A stretch of DNA of 64,000 nucleotides, from positions 96,001 to 160,000 of the forward strand of contig JBEKCB010000002.1 of assembly GCA_050015075.1 (NCBI GenBank). The letters are read 5' to 3'. Shown piece after piece: positions 12,298-22,078 of the stretch. Both the position numbers and the translations under genes were made by a program. Positions within the stretch are counted from its first letter, which is position 1. The number at the start of each line of letters is the position of its first letter. This DNA comes from Candidatus Brocadiia bacterium (GTDB lineage: Bacteria > Planctomycetota > Brocadiia > CAIUPP01). Below the pieces are notes generated by a model, which worked only from the letters and a program-made list of their open reading frames with translations, had not been told where the DNA came from and did not search any database.

Positions 12298-14547
12298 TCA
12301 GTGTGTTTCCAGCGGGGCCAAGACCGGGTTTTTGGACCGCGTGCCGTTCAGCCGTATGACCAGGGTGCCTTCCGCATTGGTCGTCCGCATCTGTCCTTTG
12401 TGGACGGTAAAGGTGTACAGCGTCAAACCGTTGCCCCCGGACTGGGCGGAAACCGCCACATCGTAGCCGGTATTCGGCTGGAGTGAAAAAAGGTAGCAGG
12501 TGGTGTCGGCCTGGCCCAGCAAGTCGAAAGCCCTCGTCAGGGAATCCGTCCCGGCATCGGTATTGATGCAGAAAACGGCGGCCCGGCTGCCGGCGCCGCT
12601 GTCCACCACCGCGCCCACGGCGTTCTCGCCCTTGACGAGACGTGAGACGGGCGCGCCGGCCGTCACGCTGGGGAGCGCCGCGAGGACCGCCACGATCTGC
12701 TCTTCCTTGCCGGCGGCGAACATATTATTGATTGAGGCGGAAACTTGTTTCGCAAACCAGCCGGGCCCGACCGGGCCATTTTCATACGTGAGGTTTGCCG
12801 GGTAAAGGATTTTGGCATTCAGGGCGGCGCTCGCGCCTGTGACTTTAATCACCTGGTCCGCGGAATCAACGGTCGCCGCAAAGGCTTGATCGTAGTCCAG
12901 GTGCCACTTGGTCGGCCGGTTGGCGGCGGAAGTCTGGGACACCCGCAGTTCATCGCCCACGACAAAGATGTTCGGCGGCAAAAACACCAGGTGGCGATAC
13001 CAGCGATCGAGATGGATGGAGTCGGGATAGCACGCCGTGGCGTCGCCCACCAGGCAGGTGTACTCCGGCCGCCGGTCGGTCCTCAACAAATTCGCCTGAT
13101 ATCGCGGATCCCGCTGCTGGTGGGCGCCTTCGATGGTGAGCGTACTGTGGAGATTGCTCTCCAGTTGGCCATAGCACGGCGGGACGGCCAGATAATCGCC
13201 GTTGCAATAGATGTCGAAACTGTTGGCCTGGGCATGGACATGCAGATAGTTTTCCAACAGCGCCGTGTCCCCGCCCAGGACGGTTGTCCGGGCGCTGTGC
13301 CCTCCCACGGGCGAGCAGGTGAAGGCGCAGACCACGTCCGTTTTTTTCCAACCGGTCCGCATGATGCACAGTCCCTGATTGGCGAAACAACGGTACCCGG
13401 GCAGGTCGTCGGGCGGAGTGGGCGCCACGGCCGGGTCGTACCACAGAAAATTCCAGCCCACGCAGTGCAGCGCCGGCACTATCGAATCCTTGCTGACGGC
13501 CCAGTTGCTTTTGATGCTCCTGTTCCGGGTAAGGTAGCCGAGATCCAGGATCTCATCCTGGGCCGCCAGCCACTGGGCGTGACCGTCTTTCTGCTCATGG
13601 GCCAGCTTGCGCAGAAGCTGGCAGGAGGCGGAGCCGATCACGTTATACCGGCCGTCGCGAAACGAATCGTGGTGGTCAATGTAGGTATTGTCCGGCAGCC
13701 AGTTGTACATCCGGTAGGCAACGGCGTTTCGCGCCATGCCCGTCTGGAAGAGGTCCTCTCCGGTTATCCTTCTATTCACGTCGAACAGCACATAGGTCAG
13801 GGACATGGCATAGACCCAGTCCGCCGCTCCCTCCATCCAGGCGCCGTCCTGCCCGCAAATGTTCATGTCCTTTTTCAGGATGTCCAAAAAATAGTTGAGC
13901 CACTTGGGACCCGACTCGTTTTCATAATAGAGGGCGGCCGCGCCGACTCCCAGTCCGGTGATCGGCAGCCAATGGTCGTGGCAGAGGTAGATGCGGCCCC
14001 ACCAGTCCGTGGTCGTGCCCTTCACGCCGCGCTGGACAATGGCGGCAAGATGCCCGCTGAGCTGGCTCCGTTCCGCCGGCGTCAGGTCGTTGTAGAGCAT
14101 GTCGTAACCGCTGGCCAGCGCCATCGCATAGGCGCCGATGAAATGGTCGCCGCCGAAGCCCTCAGGATAGGCGCCGAAGGCCAGCAGCCATTTTTTCGCC
14201 GCCTGCAGGTAGGCCGTATCCCCGGTCAGATGGTACGTCAGCGCCATATCGAAGATGTAGGATGCGCCGTTTTCGCAGTAGATCTGCATGGTGTCAATGT
14301 TCGTGGACAAGGAAGCCGGCGGAATGGGATCGAAGCCGACGAATTTATCCGCGCATTTTTTCAGGTTGTCGAAATACGCCTTGTGCGTGGTGGCGGCGGC
14401 CTGCCTCAGTTTGGGGACATCCGCCAGGGTAAAATAGAGATACGGATGAGTTGGGTTCTCCTCGCTCGCCGCGTTCGCCTGCATTCCCCGAGACGGATAC
14501 GATAAAAGAGACAGCAGCGACAGGCAGAGCATCCATTGTTTTCTCAT
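12298..14547 (-). CDS. Secreted heparinase II/III-like (DUF4962-type) polysaccharide lyase-like protein
   Basis: Signal peptide MRKQWMLCLSLL; HPYLYFT..L, DGAWMEGAADW.Y, GLCIMRTGW, HVHAQANSF, HSTLTIEG. Confidence 0.65.
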   Translation of the reverse strand: MRKQWMLCLSLLSLLSYPSRGMQANAASEENPTHPYLYFTLADVPKLRQAAATTHKAYFDNLKKCADKFVGFDPIPPASLSTNIDTMQIYCENGASYIFDMALTYHLTGDTAYLQAAKKWLLAFGAYPEGFGGDHFIGAYAMALASGYDMLYNDLTPAERSQLSGHLAAIVQRGVKGTTTDWWGRIYLCHDHWLPITGLGVGAAALYYENESGPKWLNYFLDILKKDMNICGQDGAWMEGAADWVYAMSLTYVLFDVNRRITGEDLFQTGMARNAVAYRMYNWLPDNTYIDHHDSFRDGRYNVIGSASCQLLRKLAHEQKDGHAQWLAAQDEILDLGYLTRNRSIKSNWAVSKDSIVPALHCVGWNFLWYDPAVAPTPPDDLPGYRCFANQGLCIMRTGWKKTDVVCAFTCSPVGGHSARTTVLGGDTALLENYLHVHAQANSFDIYCNGDYLAVPPCYGQLESNLHSTLTIEGAHQQRDPRYQANLLRTDRRPEYTCLVGDATACYPDSIHLDRWYRHLVFLPPNIFVVGDELRVSQTSAANRPTKWHLDYDQAFAATVDSADQVIKVTGASAALNAKILYPANLTYENGPVGPGWFAKQVSASINNMFAAGKEEQIVAVLAALPSVTAGAPVSRLVKGENAVGAVVDSGAGSRAAVFCINTDAGTDSLTRAFDLLGQADTTCYLFSLQPNTGYDVAVSAQSGGNGLTLYTFTVHKGQMRTTNAEGTLVIRLNGTRSKNPVLAPLETH

Positions 14548-14612
14548 ATCCTCTCCCATTCATTCACTGCTCGACATTTTTCAAATACGACGAGGACGAT
14601 GCGCAAGTTCCG

Positions 14613-15314
14613 TCACTTCGACTTTGGGCGTTCGATGTTCGGCGTTCGATGTTCGCCGTGCGCTTCCGCCGCGAGTTTCTCGATCCACTCGACCCAGGCT
14701 TCGAGCCCTTCTCCGGTGCGGGCAGAGAGGGTGAAGGTGACGAGGTTCGGGTTGGCGATGCCCATGTCGCGGCGCGCGGCGTCGAGGGAGAAATCGGTGT
14801 GCGGCAGGAGGTCCATTTTCGTCACGACGGCGGCGCCGGCGGCGCGGAAAATGTACGGGTATTTCGACGGCTTGTCGTCGCCCTCGGCGACGCTGAGGAG
14901 GACCACTTTCCGGCTTTCGCCCAGATCGTAATCGGCCGGGCAGACGAGGTTGCCGACGTTCTCGATAAACAGGACGTCCATCTCCTTGAGCGGCAGTTCG
15001 TCGGCGACGGTCTGGATCATGGCGGCGTCGAGGTGGCAGCCGCCCTGCGTGTTGATCTGGACGGCCGGCACGCCGAGGCGCGCGATGCGCTCGGCGTCGC
15101 GCGAGGTCTCCAGGTCGCCCTCGATCACGCCGGGCCGCACGGCCTTGCGCTCGCGCAGGAGGAGCAACGTCTTCTCCAGCAGCGTCGTCTTGCCGCAGCC
15201 GGGCGAGCCGATGAGGTTGAGGACGAGCAGCCGATGCTCGGCGAACCGCTTCCGGTTCATCGCGGCGATGCGGTCGTTGGCGTCGAGGACGTTCTGAAAA
15301 ACCTTGATTTCCAT
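14613..15314 (-). CDS. hypB: Hydrogenase nickel incorporation GTPase HypB
   Basis: NLIGSPGCGKTTLLE, IEGDLET, QINTQGGCHLDA, IENVGNLVCPA, EGDDKPSKYP, TKMDL. Confidence 0.95.
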   Translation of the reverse strand: MEIKVFQNVLDANDRIAAMNRKRFAEHRLLVLNLIGSPGCGKTTLLEKTLLLLRERKAVRPGVIEGDLETSRDAERIARLGVPAVQINTQGGCHLDAAMIQTVADELPLKEMDVLFIENVGNLVCPADYDLGESRKVVLLSVAEGDDKPSKYPYIFRAAGAAVVTKMDLLPHTDFSLDAARRDMGIANPNLVTFTLSARTGEGLEAWVEWIEKLAAEAHGEHRTPNIERPKSK

Positions 15315-15351
15315 CTTGCGGACCTCGAAAGGAAAAACGGAACGAAGTTTT

Positions 15352-15546
15352 TGACCGCGAAAACGCGAAAGCGCGAAAAAAGGAAGAGCTACGACGAACT
15401 TTGACCACGGAACACGAAAAGAAAGATTAAACCACAGATGAACACAGATACGCACGGATACGAACTATCTTAACTGTGTTCATCCGTGTCCATCTGTGGT
15501 TCCAAATCCGTTTTCCGTCTTTCGCGCTTTCGCGTTTTCGCGGTCA
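15352..15546. repeat. Nested periodic palindrome between hypA and hypB
   Basis: Outer TGACCGCGAAAACGCGAAAGCGCGAAA / TTTCGCGCTTTCGCGTTTTCGCGGTCA; inner AACCACAGATGAACACAGAT.. / ..ATCCGTGTCCATCTGTGGTT. Confidence 0.85.
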
Positions 15547-15902
15547 GATTCTTCGTTTTCGTCTTCCATCTCGAACGAATCCACCGTCAAGTCATCGCCG
15601 CCGTCGAGGCGGATGTCTCGGGCCTGGCAGGCGGGGCATTCCATCTGGCCGGGCGCGAAATCCCACTCGTGGCGGCAGTTTCGGCAGAGGCCGCGCGCGG
15701 GGACGTTGCGGATGACGATTTTCATCCCTTCAGCGCGCGTGCCTTTGGAGCAGACCTCGAGGGCGAACTCCAGCGATTCGGCCATGACGCCGGAGAGCGC
15801 GCCGATGCTCAGCCGCGCCGAGCGGATCGCGCCCCGGCCGTGGCCGCGCGCCTGCTCCTCGATGATCCGCAGCACCTCCTGCGCGATCCCGATCTCATGC
15901 AC
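15480..15902 (-). CDS. hypA: Hydrogenase maturation nickel metallochaperone HypA (C-terminus runs into the repeat)
   Basis: MHE start, GALSGV..ESLEF, CRNC and CPAC zinc motifs, GGDDL. Confidence 0.93.
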   Translation of the reverse strand: MHEIGIAQEVLRIIEEQARGHGRGAIRSARLSIGALSGVMAESLEFALEVCSKGTRAEGMKIVIRNVPARGLCRNCRHEWDFAPGQMECPACQARDIRLDGGDDLTVDSFEMEDENEESDRENAKARKTENGFGTTDGHG

Positions 15903-15939
15903 GGTTGCTCCACCCGTTCGTCAGCCGTAGGCCTTTCTT

Positions 15940-16088
15940 AACCACCAAGACACCAAGAACGTCAACTCATATTGCAACCACGGAACACACGGAAGACACT
16001 GAAACTGTTTAGAAAAGTCATTCGGTGTGCTCCGTGTATTCCGTGATGGAAGGCGTTGTCTCTTTGTGTCTTCGTGCCTTGGTGGTGA
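15940..16088 (-). repeat. Nested periodic palindromic element, copy 2 of 3 (inverted orientation)
   Basis: Reverse complement aligns with 10866-11022 and 44451-44607. Confidence 0.9.
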
Positions 16089-16103
16089 ATGAAAAACCCG
16101 TTC

Positions 16104-16637
16104 TCAACGCGAATGCGCCGGTTTGCGGTCGGCGCGGACGCACAGGATCTTGCCGAAATAGAGCCGGTGGAAATCGCCGTTGGCGTACGCGGTGTTGCGG
16201 ATCGAGCGGTCCAGGCGGTCCGGCGGCACGTCGTTCGTCATCATCGTGCGGCACTCGTAGGCGATGATGCTCTCGGCGATGATCGGCGTCTTGACGTGCA
16301 GCGCCGGCGCCGCGGTCATCTTCGCCTCGGCGAATTTGTCGTGCGTCCGGCCGGAGACGCTGCCGCACAGGTCCACGGCGCGCTTCATCTTCGGCGGCAT
16401 GACATTCACGGTGAAGTCGCCGTCCTCCTCGAGCAGCTCATACGTGTAGCGGCTGGGCCGGACGAGGACGATGAAAATCGGCTGGCTCCAGATGGAGCCG
16501 ATCGAGCCCCAGCCGATCGCCATGGCGTTGGGTTTGTCCCGGCGCCCCTGCGCGACGAGGAGCAGGCCGGCGCTCGCCATCGGCTCGAGCGTTTCCTTCA
16601 GGAGGGAGTCGTAGTGAACCTGGACTTTGTCGGACAT
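16104..16637 (-). CDS. Flavin reductase-like family protein
   Basis: NAMAIGWG, VRPSRYTYELLE, FTVNV, CGSVSGRTHDK, DFHRLYFGKI. Confidence 0.85.
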   Translation of the reverse strand: MSDKVQVHYDSLLKETLEPMASAGLLLVAQGRRDKPNAMAIGWGSIGSIWSQPIFIVLVRPSRYTYELLEEDGDFTVNVMPPKMKRAVDLCGSVSGRTHDKFAEAKMTAAPALHVKTPIIAESIIAYECRTMMTNDVPPDRLDRSIRNTAYANGDFHRLYFGKILCVRADRKPAHSR

Positions 16638-16682
16638 GGCCTTGCCTCCAAGAAGCTCGATCCCCGCAAACGTCAACGGGCC

Positions 16683-18527
16683 TCAGCGGCCCACAATGAA
16701 TATGTGGATGTCGTTCCAGAACGCGACCAGGAGCAGCCCAACGATCAGCGCGAGGCCGACGTAGCTGGCCATGGAGCGCACCTTCTCGCTGACGGCCCTG
16801 CCGCGGACTTTTTCGATCACGGCGAACATGAGATGCCCGCCGTCAAGCACGGGCACCGGCAGCAGGTTCATGACGGCGAGGTTGATGTTGAGCACGCCGA
16901 GGATGTAGAGGAAGTAGCCCATCCCGGTCCGCGCGGCGGCATAGGTCATGTAGCCGATGGCGACGACGCTGTTCATGTTCGCCAGCGAGACGTCGCCGAC
17001 GAGCAGGCTTCGCAGCGAGGCATAAACGCGGACTGTCCATTGGAAAGCTTTGCGCGCGCCCAGGCGGAACGAGCGCGCCAAGCCGGCCTTGATGGTCGTC
17101 TGGGCCGGCTTAAACGGCACCCCGATGAGCCAGCGTTTCTGCGGGGTGATGCTGGACTTCAGCTCCTTTCCTTCGCGGAGCCACGCCAGCGTGACGGGCT
17201 GACCTTTCGCGTCGAGCAGGACCTTCGCCAGCCCCTCGATGTCTTTGACCTGGATGCCGTTCGCCGAGACGACCTGGTCGCCCGGCTGCAGGTCGAGGCG
17301 TGCGGCGGGATAGCCCGGCTCCGTCCGGTCCACGACCATGTCGGGCTCGAAGGCGACGGAGGCTTCGAGCGCGTCTTTCGACATCGGCGGGAGTTGGAGG
17401 TCAACCTCCGCGTTGCCGCGCCGGACGACGGCCGGGACGGGCTTATCCGCCGTTTCCAGGCCTCGCGCGACTTCGCCGTACGAGCGCGTCGGCCGGCCGG
17501 CGATCGAGACGAGGATGTCGCCGGGTTTCACGCCGGCCTTTTCGGCCTCGGAGGCCGGGCAGACGGCGGCGACGTGGTTCGAGGAGAAGACGATGCCCAG
17601 CCAGCGCGGATCACCGACCTGCTCGGGCTCGACGCTGACGGACTGTTCGGCGGATTCGGCCCCGCGCCGGTAGAAAACGCGCACCGGCTTGCCGGCGCAA
17701 TCGCCGACGGCCATCTCGAACTCATCCGGCGTGGCGATGCGGGTCGGCTCGCGGGCGCCGGCAACCTGGACGGCGGTGATCGTGTCGCCCGGCTTCAGCC
17801 CGGCCTGGAAAATGCGGTCCATGTCCGCATTCTCCTCATCCTTGCTCTTGCGCGCCTTCGGGACTTCGGCCAGCACCAGCGTATCCGGCGCCATGATGCC
17901 GGCGCTGGGCAGGCCGCGCGACTTGTTGTATTCCGGGTAAACGACCACGTCGAACCGCCGGCCGTCGCGGTTGACGCTCAGGCGCACCCCTTCGCCGCGG
18001 GTCGTCAGCGTCACGGTGGCGCTGAGATCCTCGAAATCAATCGGCGGGCTGACACCGCGGATGGCCTCGATGACGTCGCCGCGCTTCAGGCCGACGTTCC
18101 ACGCGGGCGAGCCGGGCTGCACGCCGCCTACGATCGCCGGCTGCACGGGCACGCCGATCTGGTACGCGATCATGAACGCGAGGAACCCGAAGACGAGGTT
18201 CATGAAGACGCCGGCGACGAAGACGATCGAGCGCTGGCCGACGCTCTTGGAATAGAATTCGCCCGGCGCGGGCGGCTTGTCCGGCGACGGTTCCTCGCCG
18301 GCCATTTTGACGTAGCCGCCGATCGGGCAGATGCCGAGCCGGTACTCCGTCTCGCCCCATTTCTTCTTCAGCGACGGGCCGAACCCGAGCGAGAAGACGT
18401 CCACGCGAACGCCGATCCACTTGCACGCCAGGAAGTGGCCGAGTTCATGGACGAAGATCAGGATGCCGAAACCGATGGCGGCTTCGACAATCCCTTTTGC
18501 CATGGCGAAGAAGCTGTCAGGGGACAA
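16683..18527 (-). CDS. rseP: RIP (site-2) metalloprotease RseP with multiple PDZ domains
   Basis: HELGH, FSLGFGP, PIGGYVKMAGE, AGVFMN, NLAVMNLLPVPVLDGGH; repeated PA..GL..GD PDZ motifs. Confidence 0.92.
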   Translation of the reverse strand: MSPDSFFAMAKGIVEAAIGFGILIFVHELGHFLACKWIGVRVDVFSLGFGPSLKKKWGETEYRLGICPIGGYVKMAGEEPSPDKPPAPGEFYSKSVGQRSIVFVAGVFMNLVFGFLAFMIAYQIGVPVQPAIVGGVQPGSPAWNVGLKRGDVIEAIRGVSPPIDFEDLSATVTLTTRGEGVRLSVNRDGRRFDVVVYPEYNKSRGLPSAGIMAPDTLVLAEVPKARKSKDEENADMDRIFQAGLKPGDTITAVQVAGAREPTRIATPDEFEMAVGDCAGKPVRVFYRRGAESAEQSVSVEPEQVGDPRWLGIVFSSNHVAAVCPASEAEKAGVKPGDILVSIAGRPTRSYGEVARGLETADKPVPAVVRRGNAEVDLQLPPMSKDALEASVAFEPDMVVDRTEPGYPAARLDLQPGDQVVSANGIQVKDIEGLAKVLLDAKGQPVTLAWLREGKELKSSITPQKRWLIGVPFKPAQTTIKAGLARSFRLGARKAFQWTVRVYASLRSLLVGDVSLANMNSVVAIGYMTYAAARTGMGYFLYILGVLNINLAVMNLLPVPVLDGGHLMFAVIEKVRGRAVSEKVRSMASYVGLALIVGLLLVAFWNDIHIFIVGR

Positions 18528-18726
18528 TTCGAGCTTTCCGAAAAAAGGGAGAACCGCGTATGACCCGCCGATTTCTTAGTATAGAGGGCCGGCCCGGCCG
18601 AAGTCAATCCAGCGGCGTCGCGGGTGGTTTCGACAGGATAACAGGATAGACAGGATGGCTGCGAAACGGCCGACTATAACGGCTTGGCTCACGAGATCGC
18701 GACGGCGGGACGATCTGCGATTTTTC

Positions 18727-18755
18727 TTGACGCGGGCGGATTCGCGCGATAGACT
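18727..18755 (+). promoter_or_regulatory. Putative sigma70 promoter ~250 bp upstream of a small Cys-rich ORF
   Basis: TTGACG-17 bp-TAGACT. Confidence 0.55.
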
Positions 18756-19004
18756 TGTTTTAACGACCTTTTGAGGTGTTGCATGCTCTGGGCAGCACGG
18801 CAGACATACAACAGGCGACGGTTTTCCGGCCATTCCATCTCTCCCCGATTGCTTCACGGTTTTCAAGCGGCGCATCACTGTCAGGCCCGTTCCGTCGGCG
18901 CTGGGGCCGGCTCTTCTCCGCCCGCCGAAGCGGCGGAGCTGCGAAGAGCGGGCGCGGCGGAGCGGCGCGGTATCCGGGTGGCGTTTCTTCGGAAAGGAGC
19001 GCGT

Positions 19005-19283
19005 ATGCATCTGAGCGCAAAGCCGGTCCGGAAGTGCCATGGCTGTGGATTGAACCTGGGGGACCATTGCGGCGTGTTCGAGAGCCCGCGATTGATGTGG
19101 GAACGGCACGCCGCGTGTCCGGGGTATAAGAACCAAAAAATGCTCGCCGAGTACCTGGCCGCCGAGGCCGGGAGGCAGGCCGACCTGAGGAAGGAGAAAC
19201 GCAGGCTCCTCGCGAAAATGCAACACGGCGTGCCGCACCAGGCGGGCGACCAGCACGTCATTATCGCCGCCGTCCGCCGCTAG
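19005..19283 (+). CDS. Small Cys-rich hypothetical protein (92 aa)
   Basis: RBS AAAGGAG then ATG; CHGC..C..C motif, basic C-terminus. Confidence 0.7.
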   Translation: MHLSAKPVRKCHGCGLNLGDHCGVFESPRLMWERHAACPGYKNQKMLAEYLAAEAGRQADLRKEKRRLLAKMQHGVPHQAGDQHVIIAAVRR

Positions 19284-19287
19284 GTTC

Positions 19288-19336
19288 GCAGTGTGCCCGT
19301 AAGGGCATACGAAGCAGCGCCTGACGGCGCCACTAC
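19288..19336 (-). repeat. GTAG-type REP doublet (49 bp), copy 1 of 5
   Basis: Reverse complement GTAGTG-GCGCC-GTCA-GGCGC..TGCCC-TTAC-GGGCA-CACTGC (one end degenerate). Confidence 0.85.
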
Positions 19337-19478
19337 AAGCGAACGCCCCGGACCGAGCCGCATCGGTCCGGGGCGCGTGTTTCTGCGCGACGAATCGCAG
19401 GTTCCGCTCGCGTCTCCGCCGTTTTCCCGTTATGATAATCTCCGTTCCCGCCGAGGCGGGAGTTCTGCGGAGACCGGC

Positions 19479-22013
19479 ATGGATTCCGAGCCGAGCGTCC
19501 TGGAGGAGCTGAAGTCGGGCTCGCGACGCAATCTCTGGCCGCTGCTCATCCTCGCCGCGATGGCCGTCCTCTTCTTCGCGCGGTTCCTCCGCTCCGACAC
19601 CATCTTCCTGATGCGCGACCTCTTCCAGAAGCATTACCCGCTCCACATCTACTCCAGCGAAATCCTCCGGCGCGGCGCCCTGCCGCTGTGGAACCCGTAC
19701 ACCGGCTGCGGCGAGCCGTTCCTGGCGAACATCGAAGGCGCGGTGCTGTATCCGCCGAACCTGCTGTACCTGCTCCTGCCGGTGACGCTGGCGACGGCGG
19801 CGCTGGTGATCTTCCACACGTGGCTTACCGCCGCGGCCGGCTACGCGCTCTGCCGCGTGTGGCGGGTGTCGCGGCTCGGGTCGCTGCTGGCCGCGACGAT
19901 GCTGAGCTTCAACACGTACTGGCTGACGCGCATCGAGTTTCTGCCGTCGCACGCGGCGATGGCGTGGTTCCCGCTGGTGCTGCTGCTGTACGCGCTCTGG
20001 GCGCGGTCGCGGCGCGCGCGGTGGATCGCGCTGGCCGGGCTGGCGCTGGGCATGCAGATGCTGGCGGGGCATCCGGAGAGCGTGCTGTTCCCGCTCGGCG
20101 CGATCGCGCTGTACGCGGTCATGCTCGGCCTCTGGGAAGCGCGCGAGCGGAAGCGCTGGCGCGCGCTCCTACCGCCGGTCGCCGCGTTCGCGGCCATGTG
20201 CGCGCTGGCGATTCTTCTCGCGATGGCGCAGATTCTTCCCACGTGGGAACTGGTGCGCGCGTCGTCGGTCCACAGCGGCGTGGTGGATCCGGAGGTCGGC
20301 AAGGCCTCCGTGAATCCGGGAATGCTGGCCACGCTGCTCATGCCGTTCCTGTATGGCGTGCCGGGATATTTCGGCCGGTACTGGGCGCCTTCGTGCTCGG
20401 AGTACTGGGCCGGCAGTTTCTACGTCGGCGCCGCGGCCATCGTCGTGCTCGTCGGCGCGCTGCTGATGCGGGTGGCAGAGTGGACGGGCGCGCCGGAGCG
20501 GGCGGATCGCCCGCCGGCATGGCTGCGCGTCCGAACGCCCTTCCTGCTGGCGCTGCTCGCCGGCTCGACGCTTTACGCGATGGGCCGCTACACGCCGTTC
20601 TTCCGGGCCTGCTGGCTCGCGCTGCCGTTCCTCCAGAAATTGCGGTGGCCGAGCAAGAGCATGATCGGCGCGGTGTTCGCCCTGAGCCTCCTCGCCGGGC
20701 TGGCGCTGGATTATCTTTCCGAGACGCCGGAACGGACCGGCCGCGACGGCCGCCGCGTGCAGCGGATGCTGGCGCAATGGTGGATGTTCTCGCTGTTCGT
20801 CCTCGGCGCGGCGTTCGTCGCCGTATGCCTGACCGACGGCGGCCGCGTGGGCCGGCTGGTCCTGGAGAAATACTTCAACCTTGCGTCGCTCCCGTCGTAC
20901 CAAGTCCATCGCATCCCGTGGACCGCGCTGGGCCGCGACGCCGCGAAGCTCACGCTGCTGGCGCTCGTCGCGCCGGTGCTGGTGCTGCTCTGGTCGTCGC
21001 GCAGCCGCCTGCGTACCGCCGCCGGATGCCTGCTCGTCGGCCTCGTTTATGCGGACCTCTTCGTCACCGGCTGGACGCTCGTCCCGGCGGGAAGCGCCGA
21101 CTTGCTGGTCCGTCGCGCGGCGGAGGTCTCGGCGCAGGACGAACTGGGCCCCACTCGCATCTTCAAGGTCAGAGCGGAGACTGCCGGACTCTGCACGTAC
21201 GGCGAGACGGATGAGAATATCTTTCGATGGGCGCGCGAGGGGCTGGTCATGAGCTGGCCAATCGCCGACCGCGTCTTCGCCGTGAACGCGGAGGGCAATT
21301 TCAAGCTGCCCGGCGCGGTCAGCCTGCGGCTGTACTGCGACGACTCGAAAAAGCCGGGCGACGCGCAGTTGCGGCTGCTGCGCATGTCGAACACGGACCG
21401 CGTGGTTGGTTACTCGAACGCGGGAAGCCCGGCCGAAAGCATCAGCCTTCTCGACTACTATGCGACGGGCAGCGCCCTGGAGCCGGAGAGCATCGCGCCG
21501 GTGGCCGACACCATGCCGCGGGCGTACGTCGTCGGCGGGCCGTGGATGCCGGCGGCGGAGCGGAGCCCCTTCGACGCGATGGCGGACGGCGATTTCAATT
21601 TCCGCGAGGCCGCCCTGCTCGATCCCTCCGGCCCGTGGGCGAAGGAATTTTCCGATCTCAAGCCCGGCCGCGTCCAGCAGAAGGTGACGCGGGTCGCCTA
21701 CGCCGCGGACAACAACTCGCTGGCGATTGAACTCTGGAGCGGACGCGAGGCGCTGCTGGTGGTGACCGACGCGTGGTATCCCGGCTGGCGAGCGACGGTC
21801 AACGTCCGCGCCGCGCCCATCGCCGAAGTCAACGCCTTCCAGCGCGGCGTCCGCGTCCCGGCGGGAAACTCCAGCGTCGTCATGCGCTATGACCCATGGA
21901 CGCTCCGCATCGGGATCCTCGTGAGCCTGGCGGCGCTGGTCGCCGTCGCAGCGTGGCTGGCCCTCAACCGTTCGCGGCCTGGACCGTCCGCGACAGCCCC
22001 GCAGGACGCGTAA
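19479..22013 (+). CDS. YfhO-family GT-C membrane glycosyltransferase
   Basis: G.LPLWNPY..CG.PFLAN....LYP.N, LAGHPE, AQILPT, MPRAYV, LVVTDAWYPGW.ATV, V.VP.G...V.MRY.P. Confidence 0.85.
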   Translation: MDSEPSVLEELKSGSRRNLWPLLILAAMAVLFFARFLRSDTIFLMRDLFQKHYPLHIYSSEILRRGALPLWNPYTGCGEPFLANIEGAVLYPPNLLYLLLPVTLATAALVIFHTWLTAAAGYALCRVWRVSRLGSLLAATMLSFNTYWLTRIEFLPSHAAMAWFPLVLLLYALWARSRRARWIALAGLALGMQMLAGHPESVLFPLGAIALYAVMLGLWEARERKRWRALLPPVAAFAAMCALAILLAMAQILPTWELVRASSVHSGVVDPEVGKASVNPGMLATLLMPFLYGVPGYFGRYWAPSCSEYWAGSFYVGAAAIVVLVGALLMRVAEWTGAPERADRPPAWLRVRTPFLLALLAGSTLYAMGRYTPFFRACWLALPFLQKLRWPSKSMIGAVFALSLLAGLALDYLSETPERTGRDGRRVQRMLAQWWMFSLFVLGAAFVAVCLTDGGRVGRLVLEKYFNLASLPSYQVHRIPWTALGRDAAKLTLLALVAPVLVLLWSSRSRLRTAAGCLLVGLVYADLFVTGWTLVPAGSADLLVRRAAEVSAQDELGPTRIFKVRAETAGLCTYGETDENIFRWAREGLVMSWPIADRVFAVNAEGNFKLPGAVSLRLYCDDSKKPGDAQLRLLRMSNTDRVVGYSNAGSPAESISLLDYYATGSALEPESIAPVADTMPRAYVVGGPWMPAAERSPFDAMADGDFNFREAALLDPSGPWAKEFSDLKPGRVQQKVTRVAYAADNNSLAIELWSGREALLVVTDAWYPGWRATVNVRAAPIAEVNAFQRGVRVPAGNSSVVMRYDPWTLRIGILVSLAALVAVAAWLALNRSRPGPSATAPQDA

Positions 22014-22078
22014 GCCCGGCGAAAACAGGCCACGAATTCACGCCCTTTTCACGCAGGAACCTAAGCTATTTTCTAAAT

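Noticed and set aside
16089-18563. Long antisense ORFs (e.g. 16089-18563, 1963-4296, 36701-38560, 44540-46534, 58846-60504)
   Set aside because: Shadow frames of real genes in high-GC DNA, without motifs.
18760-19000. Known riboswitch (TPP, cobalamin, SAM, FMN, c-di-GMP, fluoride)
   Set aside because: No consensus core motifs recognised by eye.
19293-19478. ORF extensions such as MPVRAYEAAPDGATT / CSGAVRR..CPYGHTT recurring in several ORFs
   Set aside because: These are translations of the GTAG REP doublet, not a protein domain.
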